Origin: a bacterium
Lineage (GTDB): Bacteria > UBA8248 > JACPRG01 > G963555815
Length of the DNA: 64,000 nucleotides
Assembly (NCBI GenBank): GCA_965261595.1
Contig: CBDHDG010000005.1
Coordinates: forward strand, 352,001 to 416,000
Reading direction: 5' to 3'
The notes under the pieces are model-generated. The model was not told where the DNA came from and did no database searches. It saw nothing but the letters and a program-made list of their open reading frames with translations. The position numbers were made by a program, and so were the translations under genes. Positions 1-9,248 of the stretch are shown here, in pieces. The number at the start of each line of letters is the position of its first letter. Position 1 is the stretch's first letter.

Positions 1-193
1 GAGCGTAATGTATTCCAACCGCAATTTGGTCGGCACGCAAGCGCCCCGTTCGGCCTCGTCTCAATATAGCCTTGAAGAATGAAAAAGTCGCTTTGTCCAA
101 GGGCGTCCACCCGCAGACCCCAGTGATCCCCGGTTTTCATCGGCTTTGCGGCGCCGGCGATCGTGAGAACAGGCGAACGTCCACCCCGAGCCT

Positions 194-396
194 TCATTCC
201 CGCGCAGGCGGGAATCCAGTGTTCTGAGCTGCGGGTCCATTCTCCTGCCAACGTGATCCTTGCGTTGAAAAGTATACAAGAGGGAGAAGGGCCTTCGGCG
301 CAGCCGGAGATTGGAATCATTGGGACCGATCAGAAGCACTTCTGGATTCCCGCCTGCGCGGGAATGACAATCGGGGCGCGGGAATGACAATCGGGG
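194..396. repeat. REP-like inverted pair (ATTCCC-N8-GGGAAT type) with tandem partial copies
   Basis: TCATTCCCGCGCAGGCGGGAATCCAG (194-219) and its exact reverse complement (342-367), followed by a second GCGCGGGAATGACAATCGGGG unit. Confidence 0.85.
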
Positions 397-659
397 GGCG
401 TTGCGGAATAACGGCGGGCTGTCAAGGTTAAGGGGATCGCTCGTCGGGGCGGGAATCACGACTGATCCTTCGGGGCTTCGTTTCTTCAGGCGCCGAAAAC
501 TGGGGATCACTGAGCCCGCGGACCCCATGAGGGCGGAGCATGCTAGACTGGTTGATATCCAAAAACGATTCGCGCCGCGGGCGCTTCGGCCTTTGGCGAG
601 GCGGCCGGGCGGTGCAAGATTCGGTTCAGCGTCCTGCTTGATAGGGGAGGGAGTCTCCA

Positions 660-1640
660 GTGAAGGCAATCAGGGTTCACGAGTTCGGCGGTCCGGAGAA
701 CATGGTGCACGAAGACGCCCCCGACCCGAATCCCGGAGAGGGCGAAGTTCTCGTTCGGGTGAAGGCTGCGGGCGTGAACCCCGTGGACATGGCCATCCGC
801 TCCGGCAAACATCCCGCGTCCGCCATGATGAGCCTTCCCTACATCCCCGGCGTCGACGCGGCCGGCGTGGTGGAGGCGGCGGGTCCGGGCGTCACCGGAG
901 TGAAAGAGGGGGAGAAGGTCTACGGGCGGGTGGCCGGCGGGAGCTATGCCGAGTTGACGCGCATGGCGGGGACCGAGGTTTCGCGGATCCCGGACGGGTT
1001 CTCGTTCGAGGACGCGGCGGGCGTCCCCATCGTCTTCATGACCGCGTGGCAGGCCCTGTTCAACAAGGCGGACCTCCAGGCCGGCGAGACCGTCCTCGTC
1101 CAGGCGGGCGGCGGGGGCGTGGGCACGGCGGCCATCCAGCTGGCGAAGTGGAAGGGGGCCGAAGTCCTCACGACCGTGGGCTCCGCGGAGAAGGCCGAGC
1201 GGGCCAAGGCCCTGGGCGCGGACCACGTTATCCTCTACAAGGATTCCCCCTTCGATGAAGAGGTCAAGCGGCTGACGGACGACAAAGGGGTGGACGTCAT
1301 CATCGAGACCGTCGCGGCGGACAACATGGCGCGGGACCTCTCGGCCCTCGCCCTCTTCGGCCGGATCGTCCTGATCGGAAACGGAACGGGCAAGGGGCCG
1401 GACGCCACGTTCCCCGTCGGCGCGGCCCTGTTCAGGGACCTGCACTTGTTCTCGATGACGATGTTCAACGCCGGACCGCAGGTGTCGGGCATCCTGAAGG
1501 GGCTGGCGGAGGCGTTCGCCGGGGGCGAGGTCCGGCCCCAGGGCGGGGCCGCCTTTCCCCTGAAGGAGGCCGCCGCCGCTCATGAGGCCCTGCTGGCCGG
1601 GAAGTTCTTCGGGAAGGTTGTCCTCTCCCCCATCGAGTGA
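660..1640 (+). CDS. qor: NADPH:quinone reductase (zeta-crystallin/MDR family)
   Basis: MKAIRVHEFGGPE start, AAGVNPVD, PYIPGVDAAG, QAGGGGVG nucleotide-binding motif, GKVVL end; GGAG RBS before the GTG start. Confidence 0.9.
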   Translation: MKAIRVHEFGGPENMVHEDAPDPNPGEGEVLVRVKAAGVNPVDMAIRSGKHPASAMMSLPYIPGVDAAGVVEAAGPGVTGVKEGEKVYGRVAGGSYAELTRMAGTEVSRIPDGFSFEDAAGVPIVFMTAWQALFNKADLQAGETVLVQAGGGGVGTAAIQLAKWKGAEVLTTVGSAEKAERAKALGADHVILYKDSPFDEEVKRLTDDKGVDVIIETVAADNMARDLSALALFGRIVLIGNGTGKGPDATFPVGAALFRDLHLFSMTMFNAGPQVSGILKGLAEAFAGGEVRPQGGAAFPLKEAAAAHEALLAGKFFGKVVLSPIE

Positions 1641-1886
1641 CTCGACGGCGTGTACCCCCCCCCCCCTTCTTCGGTCAAGACGCCTGTCGCGCGGGAGCCG
1701 GCGGGGGGGGGCGCGCAAACGCTTCTTCTCCCCGGATTCCTCCCCCTGCCGGACCGCCTGAAATCAAAATCTTTCTTCTCACACGAACTTTTTGAAATAT
1801 CCGATGTCCAAATACCTGTAAAAGGAAGATATTGACAAATGGAAATCAGTGAAACGGTTCAAAGTCCATCAGGAGGAACCATAGAC

Positions 1887-3606
1887 ATGATACGATTCGG
1901 TCCATTTCGCTGGAGGCCCTCGATCTCCGGGATTCGCGGCATCCTCCCGGCCTTCGTCGGCCTGTCTCTTCTCTTTTCCCTCGCGGCGACGGACGCCCGG
2001 GCCGCCAACAGCATGGCGGGCTTCACGCGCGTTTACCAGACGGACGGGACCCTGATTGTCAGCGCCAGGTTCAAGTACGACGGGGCAAAGGGAGACAAAG
2101 TCTTCGTCGGCGCCTATGCCCTGGACGGCCGCAACCGGAAGGTCTTCACGGGCTACCGGCCCTGGATGATCTCCCGGGGGTCCGGGCGCGTGTACGTGCA
2201 GCTTGCGTTACACCGGGTCCCGACAGCTCAAGTCCAAGAAGATCCGGCTCACCATGTACGTCGGAGGCCGCGCCTCCTTCTATTCAAAGGTCTTCAACCT
2301 GAAGAAGACCTGGAAGAAGTCCAAGGACCTGATCAAGGCCTGGACCTTCCGCTCCCGGAGCGAGAACGCCAAGGACCTGACCTTCAGCATCCGCTTTGAC
2401 CTGAACTCCTCCCACAGCCGAAAGGTGCGAATGGGCGCGATGTCCCTTCGCAAAGGAAAGGTTTCGCGGAAACACGGGTTCGGGCCTTCGAAGCGCCTCA
2501 AGCGCGGCAAGAACAAATCCACGCGGGCGCGGCTCTCCTACATCAAGAGCTCGTGGGCCAAGAGCGACGCCATCCTCGTCGGGCTGTACGAAGAACAAGG
2601 CAAATATTTCTCCCTCGGCCTCGTGCCCAGGGTGAAATACTGGTCCAAGAAGAAAAAAGACCGTGACCACGACGGCATCAGCGACGTGGTGGAGGCGGCG
2701 CTTCGGACGAACCCCCGGAAGAAAGACACCGACGGCGACGGCCTGCGGGACGGCTGGGAGCTGGAAGGCTACCGGCCGGGCGGCTACGTCCACACCAACA
2801 CCAACCTGCCCCTCATGGGCGTCCATCCCCGGAAGAAGGACCTCCTGCTGGAGATCGACTGGATGAAGACCAGCGGGCACAACCACAAGCCCAGGAACGG
2901 GGCCTTGACGACGCTGCGAAGCATGATGGCCTCCGCGCCGGTCTCCAATCCCGGCGGAAGCAACGGGATCCGGGTTTACATCGACGTCAATGGAAAGGTT
3001 CCGCACCAGAATGAAGTCGATTTCGGCTCGGGCAGTCCCCGGAAGTTCAGCAAATACAAGAAGGATTATTTCTCAAAGCGTAGGAAGAAGCTCTTCCACT
3101 ACATCCTGTTCGCCCACAAGCGGGTGAGCACCACCTCCTCCGGGCGGGCGGAAATCCTGGGCAATGACGTGATCGTTTCCCTGGGCGCCTTCACGGGACA
3201 GATCGGGACCCTGAACCAGCAGACCGGAACGCTGATTCACGAGCTGGGTCACAACCTGAACATCCGCCACGGCGGCAATGAAAACCGGAACAACAAACCC
3301 AACTACGTGAGCGTCATGAACTACGACTATCAGTTCCGGGGTGTGGACACGAACTGCAACACCACCCCGGACGGCGTTTTCCGCTATTCCCGTGGACGCC
3401 TGGCCGCCTTGAACGAGGCCCGCCTGAACGAGCCCCGGGGAATGTGCAACAGCGTGGCCATCGATTGGAACGGAAACGGTTCGAGCAACCAGACCGGCCT
3501 CCGCTTCGACATCAACGGCGACGGCGGGATCAACACCATCCGCGATCACAACGACTGGGGCCGTCTCCGTCTGGATTTCCAAGGCAGCGCCAATGCCGCG
3601 GACTGA
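1887..3606 (+). CDS. Secreted basic zinc metalloprotease (metzincin-like) with duplicated N-terminal domain and DxDxDG Ca-binding repeats; +1 frameshift near 2203
   Basis: AGGAGG RBS before ATG 1887; signal peptide ending DARA-A; ORFs 1839..2399 and 2203..3606 join on removing one base at CAGCTTGCGTTAC; DRDHDGISD and DTDGDGLRD repeats; HELGHNLNIRH zinc motif and YVSVMNY Met-turn. Confidence 0.75.
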
Positions 3607-3634
3607 TTTCTTCGCCATGAAAGGAAAACTTCCG

Positions 3635-4381
3635 ATGAATGCAAGGAAGCGATTCAATCGAAACGTCGGCGGGCGAACCGGATCCCGGATTGCCCTGCTC
3701 GCGGCCCTTCTCTCGGGTCTGATCATCGCGGCCGGTCCGGCCGCCGCGCAGAAGGCCCCCAGGCTTCAGCTCAAGGCCCTGCCGAAACTCCCCATGCTGA
3801 GGTTTCAGGCGAAGCTGGGCCGGAAGGCCCTCATCGGCCGGAAACTGATCCGCGGGCGGTGGAAGACCCTGCGGGGCAACCGTATCGTCCTCACCGACCA
3901 AGCCAGCAAGAAAGACCTGGTCCTGGACTACAACCTGCCGCGCGGCATCACCCTGCCCACGAAGAACGTCGGGCGCAACATCACCCTGCTGTTGAACAAG
4001 ATTCAACGCCCGGCGGCGTTGGTGGAGGCCATGCGTCTCACCGACGAGAGGGGTCTGGTCTTCCTGACGGAAAACCGGGGCGTCCGCTCCGTATTCACCC
4101 GCGCGGAAAAGTCCGGGTTCTCCTTTGTCCAGAGGCGCCGGGCGCAAGGCAAGGCCGTCTTCAAGGACGCCTGCATGGAGATCTACAACGTCCCCGTCAA
4201 GGTCAAGCTGGGCTCGCGGGAGCTCTCCATCGCGGCGGGACGCAAGCAGAACATGCAAAAGGGCGGCAACCGCTTCGAGGTCCAGGTGGTGACGAGCCAG
4301 TACGTCAAGGAAATCCCCTGCCGCTACTCCTTCGAAGAGGCGCCCCTGCGTCTTCAGTACGTCGTGAAGCGGACGAACTGA
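3635..4381 (+). CDS. Hypothetical secreted Lys/Arg-rich protein
   Basis: Signal peptide IALLAALLSGLIIAAGPAAA-Q; host-like codon usage; starts 28 nt after the protease stop and precedes a terminator. Confidence 0.7.
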   Translation: MNARKRFNRNVGGRTGSRIALLAALLSGLIIAAGPAAAQKAPRLQLKALPKLPMLRFQAKLGRKALIGRKLIRGRWKTLRGNRIVLTDQASKKDLVLDYNLPRGITLPTKNVGRNITLLLNKIQRPAALVEAMRLTDERGLVFLTENRGVRSVFTRAEKSGFSFVQRRRAQGKAVFKDACMEIYNVPVKVKLGSRELSIAAGRKQNMQKGGNRFEVQVVTSQYVKEIPCRYSFEEAPLRLQYVVKRTN

Positions 4382-4407
4382 TCGCCCGCTTCAGCCGGGG
4401 TTAAGAT

Positions 4408-4449
4408 AGGGGCCGGAGAAGAGGATCTTCTCCGGCCCCTTTTTATTTT
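4408..4449 (+). terminator. Rho-independent terminator
   Basis: Perfect 15-bp stem AGGGGCCGGAGAAGA-GGA-TCTTCTCCGGCCCCT followed by TTTTATTTT. Confidence 0.85.
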
Positions 4450-4467
4450 CCAGCCGGGAGACGAACG

Positions 4468-4659
4468 ATGGACGGATGGACGAAATCGGCCCTTTGGCTT
4501 ATCGCCATCGCTTTGTGGGGAATCCTGCTTCGGCCCCTGATCGCGCCGGCGCCGGCGGGCGCGGCCCGCGAGAAGATCGACGTCAACATCGCCGCCGTCG
4601 GCGGCTCCAGGCTGGGATTCAACGGTCCCATTCCGGTCGCCCCGGTTCGGGCGAAGTGA
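4468..4659 (+). CDS. Small hypothetical membrane-anchored/secreted protein (63 aa)
   Basis: GGGAG RBS; N-terminal hydrophobic helix; DVNIAAVGG...PIPV tail. Confidence 0.55.
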   Translation: MDGWTKSALWLIAIALWGILLRPLIAPAPAGAAREKIDVNIAAVGGSRLGFNGPIPVAPVRAK

Positions 4660-4710
4660 TTCCCAAGAATCACCGCGCGTTCAGGTCGGGTTTTTATTTG
4701 AGGGACCGGG

Positions 4711-6393
4711 TTAAAACAGCCCCGTGATCTTCCCGTCCGAGTCGATATCCATCCCCGCGGCGGCGGGGGTTTTCCCGAGGCCGGGCATCTGCATGATGTT
4801 GCCCGAAATCGCCACGACGAACCCCGCCCCGGCCGAGACATAAGCGTCCCGGACATTCATCGTGAACCCCCTGGGCCGGCCCAGAAGCTTGGGGTTGTCC
4901 GACAGCGAGGCCTGGGTCTTGGCGATGCACACCGGCAGCGCGCCGTAGCCGAGCGTCTCCAGCCGCTCGAGGCTCCGGGCCGCGGCCGTCTCGAAGGCCG
5001 CCGCGCCGGCGCCGTACACCTTCTTTGCGATCGTCTCGATCTTTTGCCGAAGCGGCATGTCCAGCGGATAAAGGGGCGTCTGGGGTTTATCCGCCGGCCG
5101 GGCGAGGTCGTCGGCCATCTCGGCCACCTCCAGGTTCCCCTCGCTCCCTTTCCCGTGAAACTCGTGCACGCCGCAGGGCGCGCCCATGTCCGCGGCCCGC
5201 GCCTTCACCCGCTCCACCTCGGCGTCGGTGTCCGAGGCGAACCGGTTGACGGCGACGACGACCGGCACGCCGAAACGGCCGAGGTTTTCGATGTGGGCCT
5301 CCAGGTTGGCGAACCCTTCATCGACTGCTCCGACGTCCTCTCTTGCCAGGACTTTCTTGTCGAAGGGGACGCCGCCGTGCAGCTTGAGGGCGCGAATCGT
5401 CGCCACGAGGACGACCGCGTGGACGGTGAAGCCCGCGGCGCGCGCGGTGATGTTGAAGAACTTCTCCGCCCCCAGGTCCGCGCCGAAGCCCGCCTCGGTC
5501 ACGACCAGGTCCCCCAGCTTGAGGGCCAGGCGGTCGGCGATGATCGAGTTCGTGCCGTGGGCGATGTTGCCGAACGGCCCGCCGTGGATGAAGGCCGGCG
5601 AGCCCTCGAGGGTCTGGACCAGATTGGGCTTGAGGGCGTCCTTGAGCAGGAGCGCCATCGCCCCCGAGGCGTCGAGGTCGCCGGCGGTGACCGGCGCGCC
5701 CCGGCGCGTGTAGCCGACGACGATCCGGCTGATCCGCTCTTTCAGGTCCACCGGGTCGGAGGCGAGGCAGAGCAAGGCCATGATCTCCGAGGCGGCGGTG
5801 ATCATGAAGCCGTCCTGGCGGGGAGCCCCGTGGGATTTTCCGCCCAGGCCGACGACGATGTTGCGAAGCGCCCGGTCGTTCATGTCCATGACGCGCTTCC
5901 AGGTGATCTGGTTGATGTCCAGATCGAGCCCGTTTCCATGAAAGACGTGGGCGTCGAGCAGGGCGGAGAGCAGGTTGTGGGCGGAGGTCACGGCGTGGAT
6001 GTCGCCGGTGAAGTGAAGGTTGATCTCATCCATCGGGAGGACCTGGGCCTTGCCGCCGCCCGCCGCCCCGCCCTTGACGCCGAACACCGGGCCGAGGGAA
6101 GGCTCGCGCAGGCAGATGACGCTTCGCTTCCCCATCCGCGCGAACGCCTGGCCGAGTCCGACTGTGGTGAGGGTCTTGCCCTCGCCGAGCGGTGTGGGCG
6201 TCATCGCCGTGACCAGGATCAGGCGTCCGTCCTCATCGCTGGACCGCCGCTGAAGCGCTTCCAGGCCGACCTTGGCCTTGAAGCGGCCGTAGGGTTCGAT
6301 CTCGTCCGGTTCCAGACCGAGCTCCCCGGCTACTTCCGCGATGGGTTTCAGATCAGCCGCTTGGGCGATTTCTACGTCGGACGCGATGGCCAT
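4711..6393 (-). CDS. fhs: Formate--tetrahydrofolate ligase
   Basis: SDVEIAQ start, TPTPLGEGKT, LREPSLGPVFGVKGGAAGGG, INLHFTGD, HGGPFGNIAHG, TEAGFGADLGAEKF, ITGLF end. Confidence 0.97.
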   Translation of the reverse strand: MAIASDVEIAQAADLKPIAEVAGELGLEPDEIEPYGRFKAKVGLEALQRRSSDEDGRLILVTAMTPTPLGEGKTLTTVGLGQAFARMGKRSVICLREPSLGPVFGVKGGAAGGGKAQVLPMDEINLHFTGDIHAVTSAHNLLSALLDAHVFHGNGLDLDINQITWKRVMDMNDRALRNIVVGLGGKSHGAPRQDGFMITAASEIMALLCLASDPVDLKERISRIVVGYTRRGAPVTAGDLDASGAMALLLKDALKPNLVQTLEGSPAFIHGGPFGNIAHGTNSIIADRLALKLGDLVVTEAGFGADLGAEKFFNITARAAGFTVHAVVLVATIRALKLHGGVPFDKKVLAREDVGAVDEGFANLEAHIENLGRFGVPVVVAVNRFASDTDAEVERVKARAADMGAPCGVHEFHGKGSEGNLEVAEMADDLARPADKPQTPLYPLDMPLRQKIETIAKKVYGAGAAAFETAAARSLERLETLGYGALPVCIAKTQASLSDNPKLLGRPRGFTMNVRDAYVSAGAGFVVAISGNIMQMPGLGKTPAAAGMDIDSDGKITGLF

Positions 6394-6579
6394 TGTCTCT
6401 CCCGGATGGAATTTCGGCGTTTTCCCAAAGGGGCCGCTGCCGGCCGCGGGCGCCTCTCGATGTCCTGAAGACCATCGTTCAACCTTTGATCCAGAGAAAT
6501 TTCGGACGGGCCGACCCGTGTGCGGGACATTCGCCGCCGCATCGGCCGCCTGGGCGGCTCGCCCGAGAGGCTTCAATCC

Positions 6580-6744
6580 TCAGGATTTTGAATCGGTGTA
6601 CGAGGAAACGGACGTAATGACGCGTGTGACCTTCCGGCTCTTGCATTTGGGGCAGACGGGGCGCTTCTTTCCGTACTCGGTGATCGACGCCTGAAAAGAA
6701 AACTTCTTCCGGCATTTCTCGCAGCGGAATTCATAGAGTGGCAT
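6580..6744 (-). CDS. FmdB-family zinc-ribbon protein (54 aa, absent from the ORF track)
   Basis: Hand translation MPLYEFRCEKCRKKFSFQASITEYGKKRPVCPKCKSRKVTRVITSVSSYTDSKS; two CxxC pairs; AAGGAG RBS. Confidence 0.9.
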   Translation of the reverse strand: MPLYEFRCEKCRKKFSFQASITEYGKKRPVCPKCKSRKVTRVITSVSSYTDSKS

Positions 6745-6808
6745 ACGGTCCTACTCCTTCTCGGTTACGGTGGAAACGGTGCTTTCATCCACTTTTCCGT
6801 GGCGTTTT

Positions 6809-7480
6809 TCAATCCGCGGGGGTCTCGACTCCGCGGCGCGGCAGGTTGAGGTCAGCCGGCAGGTCCTCGGGCCGTTGGTAATCCGGCGGCTCTCGCTGTC
6901 CGGGACCCCGGGGGACCGGGTCCGGGGCTTCGGCGGCCCATTCCTCGACCCACTCCCCGGCCGTCTTTTTTTTCCGGCCCAGCTCCTTCGCCGGCTCGTG
7001 AAAATCCTTTTTTTTTTGCGCCCCTTGCAGGTTGTACGGGCACACCATGAGGCAGAGTTTGCACCCATCGTACTTCTTAAAGTAGGGCAGGCACGCCTCG
7101 GTGTCCACGTGCCAGATCCGTTTCATCTCGTCGAAGGTCATCTTCACGCCGAAGGAGATGACGGCTTCGTGAGGGGGCGGCTCGGTGTCGGCGAAGAAGA
7201 ATTCAGGGACGAATTCGCACACGTCCACGATGTCGGCCCCCCACTCGAGGAGGGTCTCCTCGAGGTGGCGGGTCAGGCCCCCCGGGTTGTCCACCTCCAT
7301 CCGGACGGGGTTCACCGGCCCGTCGAACAGGCCGCGGTCCTCGAAGTCCGTCCGGAGCCAGCGGTGGCGCATCACCTCCGGGTGGCGGGTCTTATACCAC
7401 CCGGGCATGTTCATGAAGACCTCGCCGGGCGTCCCCCGCGTCGGGCGCTCGGCGGTCTCCGGGATTTCGGCGTAAGGCAT
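6809..7480 (-). pseudogene. QueG/reductive-dehalogenase-like Fe-S protein, apparently with a large in-frame internal deletion
   Basis: The GADIVDVC...AVISFGVKM segment runs directly into WHVDTEACLPYFKKYDGCKLCLMVCPYN; the AGLGE-type cobalamin segment and first CxxCxxCxxxCP expected between them are absent. Confidence 0.55.
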
Positions 7481-7824
7481 GGGTCTCCTTGACCGATGAG
7501 CCGCGTTGATCCCCTGTCCGGGGGGCCGCCGCAGAGCCCGGCGCCGGCCATCGGTTGTTTCTCCGTCGCCGCGCTTCCGGGGAAGACGGGGAACCTTACG
7601 GCTTGAAGCCCGCCATTATGCGGCGGGTCGTGGCCGGATTCCAGGCGCCGGCAGGGCTGTCCGGTCCGGACAGGGCGAATCCTTTTGGCTCGCCTCGTTT
7701 TTCGCGTCCCTGAAGGCGTCTTTTCTCACCCCCGGACCGCAATCCGGACGGCCGTTCATTGACTCGTTCCCGGAGCCGTGATAACGGTATTCGGGTCCAT
7801 CGGACGCAGGGGAGATGAACCACC

Positions 7825-9189
7825 ATGGCGCAAGACCTCCGCACCTTTCTCGAACAGGTCCGATCCGGCGCCCCCGAAGAGTACGAGGTGGTGGAGCGGG
7901 AGATCGACCCGAAGTTCGAGATCACGGCCCTGACCGAAAACCTCGAAGCGGCCCGGCGGCGGCCCATCCTGGAGCTGCGCGGTGTGAAGGGGACGGATTT
8001 CACCGTCGTCACCAACGTCTTCGCCAAACGCTCCCGCCTGGCCTTCGCCCTGGGGACCGATGTCCAAGGGGCCGCGGCCGAGTTCGACCGGCGCGGCCGA
8101 AACCCCGTCCCCCCCAAAGAGGTGGGCGCCGGGCCGGTCCAAGAGGTGATCGAGACGGGGGACGCGGTGGATCTTCTCAGGCTGCCGCAGATCCACCACC
8201 ACGCCACGGACGCCGGGCCGTACATCACCGGGGCCATGGCCATCACCCGCGACCCGGAGACCGGCGACCTGAACGCCAGCTTCAACCGCCTGATGATCAA
8301 AGGCCCGAGGAAGACGGGCATCCACCTGACCCTCGCCAAGCACCACTGGGAGTTTTACCGGAAGGCCGAGCGGCGCGGCGAGGCCCTGCCCATCGCCCTT
8401 GTCCTCGGCCTTCACCCCCTTTGGGCGCTCGGGACCCTGCACGTGGGCGCGGCCGACGAGGACGAGCTTTCGGTGATCGGCGGACTCCTGCAAGAGCCCC
8501 TGGAGGTGGTTCGCGGCGTGACGGTGGACATCCCCGTCCCGGCCCGGGCCGAGATCGTGATCGAGGGGGAGATCCCGCCCGGCGTGCGGGAGCCCGAGGG
8601 GCCGTTCAGCGAGTTCACGGGTTACTCCCTGGGCGAGCGGATGCGGGAGGTGGTCGAAGTCAAGGCCGTCACCCGGAGAAAAGACGCCCTCTTTCACGAC
8701 ATCAACGTCGCCCACGCGGACCACATGGTGCTCTCCACCATCCCCATGGAGGCCAACCTCCTCAAGGCCGTCCGGGCGGCGGTTCCTTCCACGCGGGCGG
8801 TTCGCGTTCCGGCCCCTTTCACGGCCTATCTGTCCATCGAGAAACGGATCGAGGGCCAGTCCATGAACGCCCTCCTGGCCGCTTTCGGGTCCGAGCTCTA
8901 CCTGAAGCGGGTGGTCGTCGTGGATCACGACGTGGATGTCTTCAACGATTTCCGCGTCCAATGGGCCATCGGGACCCGCTGCCAGCCGCACCGGGACCTG
9001 CTCATCATTCCCAACGCCCGGGGGTCGGACCTCGATCCCTCTTCCGAGCCCGACGGGTTCACGTCGAAGGTCGGCGTGGACGCCACGGCCAAGCCGACCC
9101 TGGCGGAGTTCGCGAACCCGAATCGAATCCCCCCCGAGGTCTTGGAGCGCGTCCGGCCGGAGGATTTCCTCGGCGGTTCCGGCGGCTAA
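7825..9189 (+). CDS. UbiD-family (de)carboxylase 1
   Basis: QDLRTFL start, DAGPYIT, NASFNR, AEIVIEG, EGPFSEFTGY, VVVVDHDVDV, SKVGVDAT. Confidence 0.92.
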   Translation: MAQDLRTFLEQVRSGAPEEYEVVEREIDPKFEITALTENLEAARRRPILELRGVKGTDFTVVTNVFAKRSRLAFALGTDVQGAAAEFDRRGRNPVPPKEVGAGPVQEVIETGDAVDLLRLPQIHHHATDAGPYITGAMAITRDPETGDLNASFNRLMIKGPRKTGIHLTLAKHHWEFYRKAERRGEALPIALVLGLHPLWALGTLHVGAADEDELSVIGGLLQEPLEVVRGVTVDIPVPARAEIVIEGEIPPGVREPEGPFSEFTGYSLGERMREVVEVKAVTRRKDALFHDINVAHADHMVLSTIPMEANLLKAVRAAVPSTRAVRVPAPFTAYLSIEKRIEGQSMNALLAAFGSELYLKRVVVVDHDVDVFNDFRVQWAIGTRCQPHRDLLIIPNARGSDLDPSSEPDGFTSKVGVDATAKPTLAEFANPNRIPPEVLERVRPEDFLGGSGG

Positions 9190-9248
9190 AAGGACGACGA
9201 CCCGTTCCCCTGAGTCTCGGCCCCTCTTCACGTCCTCATGACCGGCAT

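Noticed and set aside
61..669. ORFs over the first 660 bp
   Set aside because: Translations (CHSRAGGNP, LDSRLRGN) are read-throughs of REP palindromes, not protein-like.
6536..6560. GCCGCCTGGGC resembling the 3' part of a ZTP (pfl) riboswitch upstream of fhs
   Set aside because: It is on the wrong strand for fhs and the 5' aptamer half is not visible.
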